Assembly (NCBI GenBank): GCA_016748015.1
Contig: JAAOMT010000302.1
Span: 434,001 to 498,000 of the forward strand
Direction of reading: 5' to 3'
Source of the DNA: Geosiphon pyriformis uo1
Taxonomy: Eukaryota; Fungi; Glomeromycota
DNA: 64,000 nucleotides
The notes beneath the pieces were generated by a model, which worked only from the letters and a program-made list of their open reading frames with translations, searched no databases and had not been told where the DNA came from. Positions 1-13,100 of this stretch are shown piece after piece. Positions within the stretch are counted from its first letter, which is position 1. Each line of letters begins with the position of its first letter. Both the position numbers and the translations under genes were made by a program.

Positions 1-870
1 GTTTACATAAATACATACATATATACATAGATACAACTTTGTACTCCCATCTCCGCCTCTTCTTTTCACTTTTTCCTTTCCCCCTCATTTATCATATACT
101 TTCTTTCCCCCATATTCTTTTTTTATTTTATTTTTTACCTCGATACGCTTATTATGGGATGATGCCGAAATTTTGAATTTGAAGATCAAATAAAGACATT
201 TTTGGCTGGTTGTGAATATTTTCCATTTAGCGATTAATTTCGGAAAAAAAGTTTCTTTCTTGTTTATATTTGATCAATGCCATCCGCATGAATCAAGGCA
301 ATACAAATGGTCCACTGCTAACTTATTTTAAATAAAATATCACTTTGGTTTTAATCGCTAAATCCTGGGTAATGAATCAGTTGGCTAAATAGAGAGATCA
401 CAATCCTGAAGAGTTAAAAAAGTTAAAAAACCTTCACTCTACTCTTTCATCAATGTTATTATGTCACCGTTTTTTAACAACATCCTCATGTTATTTATAG
501 ATTCTAAAAAAGAAAATTATAATAGCCTGTTGGTCATTCAATCAACAAACATCCGGCCCTTATACGAACAAATTCGGCCAATGATTAAAAACTTCCCGAT
601 GTCAAATTCACGGTAACACGGACCTTGTTACATATGTGGCATATCAATCACCACTTTTTTTTTAAAATACAGATTTTTAACTCAAAAAAACCTTTTGAAA
701 TAGCCAGGGCCTATTTCAGGAATTCCACCTCCCTGTTTTTTAACCTGTCTTTTTATTAGGTTTTAGTATAAACTTTCCTCCCGATAAAAAGATGTCAAAA
801 GATGTCGGTTCGTACTATATTCATGATGAAATATGATGAGTCTCGAAGTCAGTAACCCGAGCTCTATTAC

Positions 871-878
871 TCACGTGA
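871..878. promoter_or_regulatory. Palindromic E-box TCACGTGA upstream of pac2
   Basis: Exact 8-bp palindrome about 1.6 kb upstream of the ATG. Function is unproven. Confidence 0.25.
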
Positions 879-1551
879 TAAATAATTCAGGAAATCTATT
901 CATAATATCGGGTCTCGATTAAGCAGGAGAATCAAGTAACTTTCATGAAATTATTTGCTTCACCGAAATTAAATAATTCCCCGGTCAATCATTTTACTTC
1001 TACCGCAATGTCTCGAGTTTTTTTTCCGAACTCAAATAGGTCCACTCGATCCCAACGGTCAGCTTTGTACCACTCTTTGCAAATAATCACCCCTGATACA
1101 CAAAAAGTACAACGGATTCATAATCATCACATTTAATATTCAGTTTATGATCTCATTAACTTATTTTAAAGATAAAGTTTGTATACCTTGTAACCCGGAC
1201 GATAATAATTTGGGCTAAGAATCATTATTAAAATGACTTCAAGATCTCGTACCTTAAAAATTTTTAACTCTGTTTCGTATACGCCACTATAAATATTTAC
1301 GCATCAAATATAAAGCATTATTATACCTCTTATTTAGTAAATTGGTCACAAAAGCTTAAAATTATTTTTGAAAAAGAAAAAGGGTAAATAAATGTTTGTT
1401 TCATTCTATTTTTCTTTTATTCTAATTTCCCACTATATTTAGTTCCCATTTTTCCCATAATATAAATAAAATATGATATAATATAGAATAATATAATAAA
1501 ATATGATATAATAAAATAAAATATAATGTAATATAAAATAACATAAAAATA

Positions 1552-1590
<39 letters not shown>
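1552..1590. repeat. (AAT)13 microsatellite
   Basis: Direct reading. Confidence 0.95.
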
Positions 1591-1596
<6 letters not shown>

Positions 1597-2434
1597 TAAA
1601 TAGGGAATCCCCTTACAAAGTCCCACATATTCTGTGAACGACCAGACCCCAAATTTTCTCATTGCCAGAACAGATAGAAAGGAGTTTTTATTAATTATAG
1701 TGATTAAACTCTGTGTGCTTGTGTTGTGTGTCCTGTGTTCTTTTCTTTGCGTTCGATTTTTTCCCACACCCTTTTCTCACTTTCACCTTTTTCTCATCTC
1801 TCTCTCTCTCCTCTCCCATCCATTTGGTGTTCTGTTTTCGATTCTTCTGGTCATTGACTGATCATAAGAGAGTTTTTTTTTTCCAATTATATTACTACTA
1901 AAAATACATTAACACTTAGACAAAAACAACTCACCACAATACGAGAGATATAAAACTTTTTTAGACGAAACTTGGTGAACTTTTTTTTTCAAGTTTTCAA
2001 AAGAATAACAACTTTCCATACTACCTTGACTATAAGAACCAAACAACCAACCAAACAACATAGAGACCCAATACTTTTACCATAGAGTTCAAAATTTTAA
2101 CTTTTTGAAACCTTTTTTTTTAGATACTTATTACATATATAGATTAAATATCATACTAGGGTTTCAAGATTTAATCATAACCAAACGTTCAACTAAAAAC
2201 TGGACAAAATACCTCAAGAAATTTTCAAATAAAAATTTTTTTATCGTCCTTTCAAAAAAAATAGAGTTTCAACATCTGTCAATGAGATTTACCGTTACCT
2301 CTCGATTAGTAGTAGGAACACTAGAAACTCTACCTTTTTACTTTCTCCCCGGGATCTTAATCATAAATCACGGTTATTAAGGCTTACCCTACTATTAGAT
2401 ATATTATTCCTTCCAATATTACTACTATTATTAT

Positions 2435-2463
2435 TACTACTACTACTACTACTACTACTACTA
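2435..2463. repeat. (TAC)n microsatellite just upstream of the pac2 ATG
   Basis: Direct reading. Confidence 0.9.
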
Positions 2464-2502
2464 TACCGCCAGCACTACTATTATTGTAATAATTTTATTC
2501 AA

Positions 2503-3819
2503 ATGGAAACATATTTCGGCTACGTAAAGGCCCCTCAGGACGCAATCATGCTCTTTGAAGCTTGTCGAGTCAATTACCTAAATAGGATTCAACGTCGTCT
2601 CTCTGATAAGGAACGTTCAGCTATTAGGTCTGGCTCGGTGTTTGTATGGGATGAACGTGAAGCAGGAATGAGGAGGTGGACAGATGGGAAAAGTTGGTCA
2701 GCGAGCCGCGTTAGTGGTAGCTTTCTCACTTACAGAGAACTAGAGTCAAAAAGAAAAACAAATTCCCGTGGAAGTAATAACCCAAACGATTTATCAAGTG
2801 AAGATACAGACTCCAGTGAGTCATACAGTTCTAATAGTAGGAAATTGGTCAATGCTACAGAACAATGTCGCTATAAACATGGAGGTCTTGTAAAGCAATC
2901 ATTTAGTATTACAACCACCAATCATCAAAAACTTCATTTGATTTGTTATTACACTAAAGCTGACGTAATTAGTGAAAAATTACAAATTCCAAGTCAAGAT
3001 GAGAAACTCAAATTAATCCCGATACCTAAAGGAATGTATCCAGAAACTCAGAATATAGATTACGCTTCTCCAAATAACGGTCATCATAATCATTCTCAGC
3101 AACAGCAACATCATCATCATCACCATCATCATCATCACAACCATGGAAATCATACCCCTTTCGGTTCAAATGAAAATCGCATTGAAAGATCTTTATCCCC
3201 AAATCCTTATGGTTGGCAATTACCACAACCGCATTCAAATGGTAGTCTTCCACCACCTTCCTCACTCCATCATCATCATCTTCGTAACAATTCTCAGCAT
3301 CATTCTGTTCATCAACATCGACATTCTGGTACAGATTTAATGCAAATAGATACACCACATTCTGCATGTTCAACACCATCCATTTCATCATCACCCTCTA
3401 CAACTGAAGAAGATTTTGGGGATCATTTTCGTCGACAAACTTTTGGTCTTGGGACAAATTCAAATCTATCTAGTCAATCATTGCCTCTTTACCCACCTGC
3501 CAATTATATTCAACCATCTTCATCATCAATATCAAACTCTTCATCATCACCATCATCTTTATCATCATTAGAAAGCACAAATATCAATTATTCTGGATCA
3601 GCGCCTATAAACATTCCAAATTCATCAAGATTTACTTTCCCAGCCCCTCCACAATTACAATTTCCATCTTCATATCCACCACCATCTTCACAACAACAAC
3701 AACAACAACAACAACAAAGTGTTCATCAACTCTTACCACAAGATATCCCTTGGGAAAAAATAAGAAATAGTGAAGACCAAAGACAACTCAATGCGATCTA
3801 CACTACTCTGAAACTTTAG
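2503..3819 (+). CDS. pac2: WOPR (Gti1/Pac2 family) transcription factor, Pac2 subfamily; 438 aa, single ORF
   Basis: The N-terminus METYFGYVKAPQDAIMLFEACR...RRLSDKERSAIRSGSVFVWDEREAGMRRWTDGKSWSASRVSGSFLTYRE is WOPRa with the Pac2-type SWSASR. GLVKQSFSITTTNHQKLHLICYY is WOPRb. A His/Gln/Ser/Pro low-complexity tail follows, ending in EDQRQLNAI. Confidence 0.95.
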   Translation: METYFGYVKAPQDAIMLFEACRVNYLNRIQRRLSDKERSAIRSGSVFVWDEREAGMRRWTDGKSWSASRVSGSFLTYRELESKRKTNSRGSNNPNDLSSEDTDSSESYSSNSRKLVNATEQCRYKHGGLVKQSFSITTTNHQKLHLICYYTKADVISEKLQIPSQDEKLKLIPIPKGMYPETQNIDYASPNNGHHNHSQQQQHHHHHHHHHHNHGNHTPFGSNENRIERSLSPNPYGWQLPQPHSNGSLPPPSSLHHHHLRNNSQHHSVHQHRHSGTDLMQIDTPHSACSTPSISSSPSTTEEDFGDHFRRQTFGLGTNSNLSSQSLPLYPPANYIQPSSSSISNSSSSPSSLSSLESTNINYSGSAPINIPNSSRFTFPAPPQLQFPSSYPPPSSQQQQQQQQQSVHQLLPQDIPWEKIRNSEDQRQLNAIYTTLKL

Positions 3820-4867
3820 AATGATTCATCAAGAAAATTTTTCTCTTCTTTTTTTTGATTAAAATCGTTTCTAATATCGAACATTTTTTTTTACAAATAG
3901 TATAGACTACAACAAAATTAATCATTAGAAAGGGAGTGATAATATATATTCACTACTAAGTGAATTTTTTTGGTGTGTGAAGGAGAAAGTGTAGGGAAAA
4001 AGTTATCTAATGGTGTGTGTGATGATTACTTGTAAGGTAATGAGGAAATTAATCATTCTGTCTTGGGGATATTAAAACAAAATATGTATTCGGGCGGGTT
4101 CCCTTTGATCTTTACAGTCTTCTTCTATTCACCAGCGCTTTTTCTTTACTCATAAGGGCATCATTCTACAATTCTTGTCATTACGTGATTTCCTTAGATA
4201 ATTTCAAAAGTATTGTTGTTAGGTGCTCATTCTTCTTTCCTATAAACCTTATTTTGTCAATTCTATTCATCATTATCATCCCAGTCTTCAATACGTTTAC
4301 GTTGTTATTATCTTATTTGGCTCTGTTTATAAATTTATATTGTACAGATTTAAAGTATTTCATATTAGTATAACCCATTATAGACTTTACATTTTGTCCT
4401 TGCTGATTACAGTTTGTCTCATCAAACACTTCAAACCTTTTTCCTCTTATAGAATATCAAATTTCATTAATCTCACGCTATTGTGGATTATCTTTCAAAG
4501 TTTCCTTTCCTAGCATATATACATACATAAAAATTACATAGTTTATTAGAACATTCGGCTAGAATTTCTTTCCCTTGTGATAAAATCCACCCTTACCCTT
4601 TTTTCCATTGGTCAATTATCAACTATTTGTTTTGTAATCGATTTGTCTTCAAGAAGATTGCTCCTTTGTCATCAACTATTTTTGCTATAATAAATAATCA
4701 TTGGCCATCGAACAAGGTTTTTTTATTCACCAGATATAAATTTGAAATCATTATTTACAATTGTTTGTTGATATATGTAACCGGGTAAAATGACTGACGA
4801 AAAAATTTCCCATATTTATACCGATTCATCAGGAAATTAGGACCGAAAAGGATTGTCTGTGTATGTA

Positions 4868-4892
4868 TGTGTGTGTGTGTGTGTGTGTGTGT
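4868..4892. repeat. (TG)n microsatellite
   Basis: Direct reading. Confidence 0.9.
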
Positions 4893-7257
4893 TGACATGT
4901 CAAAAAATAAAGCCAAATGTGTAAAGAAAGGCCAAAAAACTCTATTTGACAAAGTGTTTGAGAATTTTCATTTGATCTTGAAAAATCTTTTGAATCAAAA
5001 ATTCAAATGTTATGTCAACAAAGAGGGAAAAACAAAAATTCGTAGCCTCGATCTTTTGGGAATACTTGGGATAGGATCTTTAAGCGAAAAATTCTAAAAA
5101 TTGTCCGAAATATTAAAAGGCTTACATGAGCCTACCGATCTCGCAAAACTAGTCGAGGGAACCTGTTTCGTAATGCATATACGTCAAAATCGTGACAATA
5201 AATCTCCATTTTTGTTATCTCACCTTTTACTCTTCCCTTTTTCCCCCGAAATGCAACCAATACCGCTGCCATCACCACTTCCGCTAACAGGAAAGGTTAC
5301 TTCTCTGCCGCCAAGCAAAAAGAGGCTCTCGGGTGATAAAAGTGGTACCTCTCTCGATTTCTAACCTACGACTTTTCAGCGATATCGCCTCAATTGTCAG
5401 CTTCGAACGACCGGGACTTAGGGCCCTATTGGAACGGGCAAGTCGCCGAGTCGTCTCAGAAGTTGAAATTACCCATCGCGATCGTCCTGCCCCTTTGCCT
5501 TCGGTCTCCACCGATCCATCTCCATTCTCCAAAACTCGTGGTTCTGTTCGACGATAAAACCTCCGACGACCATGAACTTTCCCATCAAACGCTATCTTCA
5601 CCTACAGAATGTAAGTACGGCGAGCAGTTGAATACACAAGAGAGCGTCAGACGGAAAACCAGAACAACGGCGGTATGCAACAAGCAACTACGCTTGCGAG
5701 AAACTCAATCCCTTATTGCTGATCAAGATGTATGCCAACCACCTTCATTGAAGTGATGGATGGGCTTGGGGAGATTGTCTTTAATACCGTAGTGGGTTTG
5801 CAAAAAAAGTGTTTTGATGTGTTAAAGAGGAAAAAAATGTCTTCTTTTTAGGTATCTGGGGCGAAAGAAAGTTTTGTAAAGCTCTTACGAGGTTGCTCCT
5901 GCAGAGTGAAATCTACAGAAAAAAGTTCGTGTTCTTCACTCACGAGTTTGACACGATCGTCATCGTAAGGCGAGGAAAATTACGCGAAAGACTATCCGGA
6001 AATGCTTTGCTGGGCACATCACCGTTTCCATAACGTCTGATCGCCAAGGCCGAGGAGTTAGGAGTTATCATCCAAAATGAACTTAAACATCTAAGATTCG
6101 TGCCAGATGTGATCACATAAAAAGCATCGGAGGGTCCAATGCCGGATGTAAAGGACAGAAATGAAAATGGCGCACAGTGGATCATTCTCCACGCATTGCT
6201 TGAACCTCTCTTAAGGGTCATGCAGGAAATAATAGCAGTATTGATGTTTATCCAATTATAGGAATTTTGTTAATCTCATTAACTAAATTTGTATATATGT
6301 AATTTTTAACACATATATTGTACTTGTTAGTCTTTTATTGTTTGCAAATTTTGTTTATATATTTTATTTTGTAACGTATTATGAGTAATTTATGATTTAT
6401 ATGCTTTTTTAATATCAGCATTAATTATTTTAATTTTTATTAAAGTTAAATTTTATAATTAAAAATGAAATTGGTTTTATATAACAACAATTTGTAATAT
6501 TTTTGATAATTCTTAATATTATAAAGTAATTTGATAATATTTTTTTTTTATAAGTGTAATCAAACTACTACTTATTACACAATTATAAAGATTTTAAAAT
6601 AAGTGTAATTCATGTTTTTTTTTATATAACTAGTTATTTGGACCAATCAAGTTTACATTACATGTTAAAAATACTGAAAACATTAACTGATTTACAAAAA
6701 ATATTAATATTAATATTATATAATAATTAAAAAATAAAAAAATTTATAAACAATTTGTTAATTAAAATAATTTATTTATTAAATTAGTTTTTAATAATAG
6801 TTTTTTTTATAATAAAATTAAAAGTATATATAAAAATATAATCAAAATTTTTTTTAAATTACAACAAATATAATTTACACTAAAATAATGGACCTTCATG
6901 GTCCAGTTCCCAAATGGTTCAATCTTTCTGTTGTATTTTTTGAGGCTTCTCATTTTTCTCTATTGGTGTCAGCTGGTGCTGGCCCTCTGGACATTTGTGG
7001 TTTTAATAATTTTGTGTCTATCTATGATTGCCTTTCTCAGGTTGGCACTAATAGCTTGTTTGTATACATGGATGGTTCATTGAAGAATTTGGATATGGTT
7101 GGTTGTAGAGCCAGAGCTGCTGCCTTTTTTGAGGACATTAATTTGGGTTTGGGTATTGGTGTTTATGGCTTATTGTTGTCCACTTTGACAGAGCTGCAGG
7201 CTATAGCATTGGCTCTGAAGTGCATGCCTGCAGCTCATTCTGTTCATCTGTTTTTGG

Positions 7258-8325
7258 TGTTACCCGAGTAGAAAAACTGATCCAAAGTTATGAAGAAATG
7301 TAAAATAACACAGAATAGCGCAATAATATTGGATAATGCATTATAACATAGGATAACGTGTTATAACACAGGATAACACAGAATAGTGCACAATAACATA
7401 GGATAATGTGTTATAATACAGAATAACACAGAATAACATGTAATAATGTTAGATAATGTGTTATAACATAGAATAACTAGCAATAACATAGAAAAACGAA
7501 GCAATAACAGAAATAACAAAGCAATAGCTAGTGATAGTGAGACAATTGAAAGCAATTCTATAAAACCAAAAGAATGTATAAAAGCAAGTAGTTGTAAAAG
7601 TTAGAAAAGACAGACAGACAGATAAATATGAATCTTTAGACAAGAATCAAATATCCATACTCTTTCATCATTTATTATCCTCCCTATTTCATTTTCTGAA
7701 ATAAACCAATTATTAAAGAAATCAAAGTCATGAATTCATGTTCCCAAACTTCGTAGAATTTACGTGAATTAATCCTTGTCTCATATCTTTGTTTTAGGAC
7801 AGATGCTTTTAGCATAACCACCTCGAATGATCAATGATTTGGACCAATTGCTCTTGATCACAGTGATTGATGATACTAATTTATCTTTTCTTTCTTTTCT
7901 TTTCTTTTCTTTTTCTTTTCTTTTTCTTTTTTAATTTTTTGTGGAGCGGCAACATAATAAAATCAACTGTCTGGGAATAGACTTTGTAATAGCCTGGTAA
8001 AAGAGAGAAGCTTCTCCTAAATTTTGGATATTAACGTTATCTTGTTAGCTTACCAGAAGAGCAAAAAGACAATGCCAGATCCTAACGACTGCGCTTATTA
8101 GCTCAGAAAAAAAAGCTCATATTTACAGAAAATATTGTAATCGACAAAAGACAAACTCTGTGCCTTATAACAAAAGAACTCAATGGGTAAATTCACATCC
8201 AGGAATAGACCTTCAGAGACTGATAATCAAGACTAAGCCAACAGAATTATGCGGAAGATATATTATCAATAATTGAGAGCACCAAACATTACCATTTCCC
8301 ATACCCACCAAGTTTACCTGTAACA
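7258..8325 (+). repeat. 5' LTR of element B
   Basis: TGTTACC start, GTAACA end, direct repeat of 36372-37463, TATAAAA at 7577. Confidence 0.93.
7303..7527. repeat. Degenerate ~10-bp tandem array (ATAACRYRGR / ATAACRYGTT) in family B U3; second copy at ~36410-36640
   Basis: ATAAC/ATAAT recurs about every 10 nt. Confidence 0.8.
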
Positions 8326-8327
8326 TT

Positions 8328-8344
8328 TGGTGCTTCCTGTGAGG
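8328..8344 (+). other. Primer-binding site of element B (TGGTGCTTCCTGTGAGG)
   Basis: TGG 2 nt after the LTR end. Complementary to a tRNA 3' end ...CCUCACAGGAAGCACCA; tRNA identity not resolved. Confidence 0.8.
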
Positions 8345-9139
8345 TTATAAATTTACAGAGACAGAGCACCCCAGAAATACACAAAAGTGGTGACTATTAG
8401 AACAATAGGAAAGGACCACTCCTTGTACGGAAAAGCACTATTTCAGTACTTTTGAAAAGATTTAGGAATACCAGCAGAAATTACTATTGCAGAAAATGAC
8501 TTTTGCAACTATATCACCACAAAAATCAACTGCTTGTTAGGCCACACAACAGACACAAGAAGACTTGGAAAACAAATCCATCAAAGCTTACTAAGATACT
8601 TAACAACTACCACTACTCAAGTGATTGCTGAAACCCTATGCATAGTCAATATGGACATTAAACACTATGTAACAAAATGATTCTCTCAAGTACAACAACC
8701 AGTAGAATCCGATCTGGAGGAATATGAGTATGGATCCAATAATCCCACAACTGCCCAAGACAAATCCATGGTCAACAAGAAACCAAGGATCTTCTCCCCA
8801 ATAACTCCATCATACCATCAGACATCCCAAAGTAGAATTGTATTCAACCCACCTCTGGAAACCCAGTTGGAAACACCACAAACTTCTGGAAACTCACATC
8901 TTTGGAATCAACAAAGTTAGAACAAATCACTGAGAGAATACAAATTGCTGTTTGGAAATCTTACTCCAGCAGCCAGTCAACCAGAAGGAAACACATCAAC
9001 TTGAAAACAGCCACCAGCACAAAACCCAACAGAATTAGCATCTCTCCTGATGGAAGGAACAGCTATCCTACAACCTATTGGTTCAAGTGACAAAGAGAAA
9101 CAACCAGCATTAGCACCCAGAGAACACTCAAATACGTAG

Positions 9140-10104
9140 TGTTACCAACCAAAACTTGAGATATTAATTAACATAATATTACCCTTATAATTTCTACCAT
9201 TAAATTAGCATATATTATCATTCAAATTATCACTTATTATTTAATCAAATTATCGAATATTATCAATCAATTAATAATCCAATTTGTACTATAAAAATTA
9301 GGATGATCAAATTACACAATACCCCAAACAATTTAATATTCAAGAGTTTGCTAAAATTTGTAGAAATTCGCTGAAATAATTGATAGTTCACCAAAATATT
9401 CAATAGTTCATAGAAATAACTTGTAAGTTTGCCGAAATGTACCTTTAGTTCATTGAAATCATAGTAAAGAAAATAATTCAAGTTCACAGACTAGTACTAC
9501 AACAAGTTGTATAAAAGAAGAGCTTTTCTCTTTGAGAAAATATATTCTTACCTTTAGATATCTTAATTTGAATCAATTCAATACACAAAAACGAAATAAA
9601 TATCAAATAATTCAAAAATCAACTTCTTAATTATTGCACTTGAAAATTCCCAAAACCCAACTAACATTTTGAAATTGATTAGCTACCAATTTCAGTAAAC
9701 TGTTAGTGACTTCAGATTTGGATAGAAAACATTCCCTTGACAGAATTCTATTTCTTTTACATTTCTTTTATTTTTTTTTCTTTTCTTATTACAATCATTA
9801 GGGTAGCCTACAGACAAAATTTCTGTAGAAGAGTTGACTTTCACAGCAAAGTAACTACACATTTTTAGTAAGCTTCTAGGCAAGCAATTCCTGAGAAAGA
9901 GTTGATGTTTACTACAACATAACTACATAAAGTAACTGGCAAGGAATTGGCCATTCCACTCATAAGCCCAGCAGTTTAAATTATAGGAGATAATTTGAAG
10001 ATAAATTCAGTTACTGGAGGTTCAACCACATTCAGAAAACGTGAATTTACAACAAACAGATATTAATAACTATTAAGAAAAGAGACCAAAAACCTCTGGT
10101 AACA
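9140..10104 (+). repeat. 5' LTR of A1
   Basis: TGTTACC...GGTAACA terminal inverted repeat; TATAAAA at 9510. Confidence 0.93.
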
Positions 10105-10150
10105 TTTGGTGCTCTTTTATGGAAATAACACAGCAACAACAAAATTCAAA

Positions 10151-13100
10151 GTGGCAACCATACCAGACACAGCAACTCTAGAGTATTATCAGTCAATTTA
10201 CACCCATTGCAAGCAAAAATTCAACATTCCAGACGGAATTGAAATTGTCAAGAGAACACTTTACTTATATATTAAAAACCGTATCAACAATTATTTTCTT
10301 AGAAATTACAACATTTCAGAAGTTAGAAGCAATCTCTACAATAATTTAGTGCACTATTCACGATTAGGAACTAAAAACCTTAACAGTAAAACACTTGTCA
10401 CCTACTTCCAAGAACTCAATTATAACATTATCAAGTATTGCGAAGAAAAATATTCAGTGTAGTCCAAATACTTTTTTGACTTTGAATCAGAAACAGAAAC
10501 AAGCAACAAAGGCAAACAAAAAGCAAAACAACACTCAAAAACCACTTCAAACACTCCAATACTGACAAAGACAACTGCCAAACACTTGCAAACACCTGAA
10601 CAAAGAACCAGTGTCAAATTACCACTCTCAATTACACCATTTCCAGCTTGACTTGCTTAACCACAAACACTAAAGCTTACCACTTATTTGGTTTTCAAGA
10701 ATAGAAGATTTTCAGTCACCCAAAAGCCCTATTCAACAACAGAAACCAATATTAACTAGCACAAACCTTATTGACTACTTAGCAGAAAATCGAAGTGAAG
10801 AGACCAAATCAGAACAAGAAACAGAAGACTCAGAAAACAAAAAAGAAATAGCCTCTACATATATCGCAAAAATTCCTGAGTTCACAGAAGAAGACAGCAA
10901 AACCAGTCCTCAAAAATGGCTTGACAAAGTCTCAAAAGCAGAAGATGCAAATGGTTGGAATACTGCCAGAATGTTAAAAGCAATTCCATACTTCTTACAA
11001 GGGATGGCTGGTAAATGGTTTGAAAACTTGGAAGCCCCACCAGAATACTGGGAAGCATTTAAAACTGCTTTTCTAGAACAGTTCACTGACAATAACACTT
11101 CCATTATCCTTCAAAATCAGTTCCGAAATATCAAGCAAGAACCAAGTAAATCAGTTATGACTTATTTTGGGAAATTCAACAAACTGCTTAGAAAGATTTG
11201 CCAATTGGAAACCAATGAATACTACTCCAATGCACAAATTTTGGATCAATTCATTGCTGGACTAAAAGACAAACTTATCAAGAAAGTTTGCCTACATGCA
11301 CCAGAAAATTTAGCCACTGCTATTCAACAGGCAAAAAACTATGAAATGGCCATGAAAAAAGCCAACCATACCAAACTTGTTAACCTGGCTATTGGAGAAA
11401 CCAGCTCAGCAGCTGAAAAAAAGATTGATCAATTAACCAAGAAAGTTGAAAACTACTTTATTAACCAACAGCAACAACAGCAGCTGCAGCAATCACAACA
11501 ACCACAAAGATACTAACTCCTACAATGACACAATCAAAACAACTTTGGACCATCATCCAACAACCAAATCCAAAATTGTCATTATTGTGGAATTCCAGAA
11601 CACTGGAAATGCGATTGTAGAAAATTTCAATAAGACCAACAACAGAGGAATAATTAACGTTATTTCCAATCACAACAATCATATTATCTACTATCATCAG
11701 CTCAATATTTACTAAGGCTACAATATTCAAACCACTATTATTAACCTGCTCCACAACCAATCCAACAACAGTATCAACAATTATCCACACCACAATATCA
11801 AGTGCCAACCAGAAGATTGATTCAATATAATCAATTTACACCACAAAACCGTTTTTCAACAAACAACAACAGATTAAATTCCAACAACTAATTAACCACT
11901 CAAAATTCGAATCAACATAGACCCATACACTATCACACTCAATTCAGTTATTTTACAATACCAGAGGAATCAAATTTTCAGCAAACTGCACTTTTTGAAG
12001 GTAAAGCTGCAGTACCAAGGCAAAATCCTTCTAATAATACTATCCCACCAGCCAGAATTGCCTGAAATGCCAATCTTTCAGACATCTTTCCATTCGAATT
12101 TGAAGCCAATGAATCACCATTTCTACTTAGCAATGTAGCAGTTAACAAACAAAAAGCTATTACAGCAATGTATACTAAAACTGAAGTAGAAGAAAAACCA
12201 ATTCACTTAATATTAGACAGTGGATTTGCTGGAAGTATTATTACCTACCAATTAATACAACAGCTTCAATGAACTGTTGACAAACCAGCTCAAACTGTCA
12301 TCATTATGGCAGATGGTATGAAGAAGACACCAGTAAGAGAAATTGATAATTTTTCATTCACCATTGATGGAATCACTATTTTAGTTAAAGTCCTAGTCAT
12401 GGATGTATCCCAATACCAAGCTTTCGTCAGAAATGATTGACTTCTCAAGGCCAATGCAAATTTAGATTGGGAAATTCAGGAATTAAAAATCTTATATCAA
12501 GGACAACACACCATAGTATCTGCTATGTGTAGAACTTTTAACAAATGATCAAAAAAAACCCCAGTACTTGAATTTGAAAAAGAGAAAAAAATGCCACTCA
12601 CTGAAACCTACATGGCTCTTGGATCAACATCCAATTGGGCTGAGGAAACAGAACAAAAAATCTTTGAAGAATCAAGAAAATAGAAGAAAGTTAGATATTC
12701 TACACCAGAACCATGAAAACAATCACCCTACATTTCACTTAAATGCAGAAATTGTAACAAAAAACTTCCATCAATGGAAGTCTACATTTTACCTGAAGAA
12801 AAATATGAAAATCATACTTGTTATTACTGCAAGACTTGCCACAGAGAACGATGGGGCCATCTAATAAAAAGAAGTGGAAAATAGGACAACACCCCTTGTT
12901 TGACTTGTGGAGATATGCTACTAGAAAAATACAATTGGATTAATATAGCAATGAAAGGAGGAGTCTGCGATCCAACCTGCCAATATGCTTTATCAATTTC
13001 AAAAAAAGTCAAAAGAAGAACACTTTTTGATGCAGCATACAACAGTGCTTTCAACAAACTTTATTACTACCCCTATGATGCTGAGATGATTTTTGACCTA

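Noticed and set aside
1417-1901. Hydrophobic ORFs upstream of pac2
   Set aside because: Products of the (AAT)n microsatellite and pyrimidine tracts.
3026-3394. Antisense ORF within pac2
   Set aside because: Shadow of the His/Gln repeat codons.
7303-7527. CRISPR-like array
   Set aside because: Short degenerate 10-bp units without unique spacers, inside a eukaryotic LTR, with no cas genes.
9945-10102. Open frame in family A U5 (ELAIPLISPAVQIIGDNLKINS...) ending at the LTR terminus
   Set aside because: No start codon, and stops differ among copies; better explained by nucleotide-level conservation of U5.
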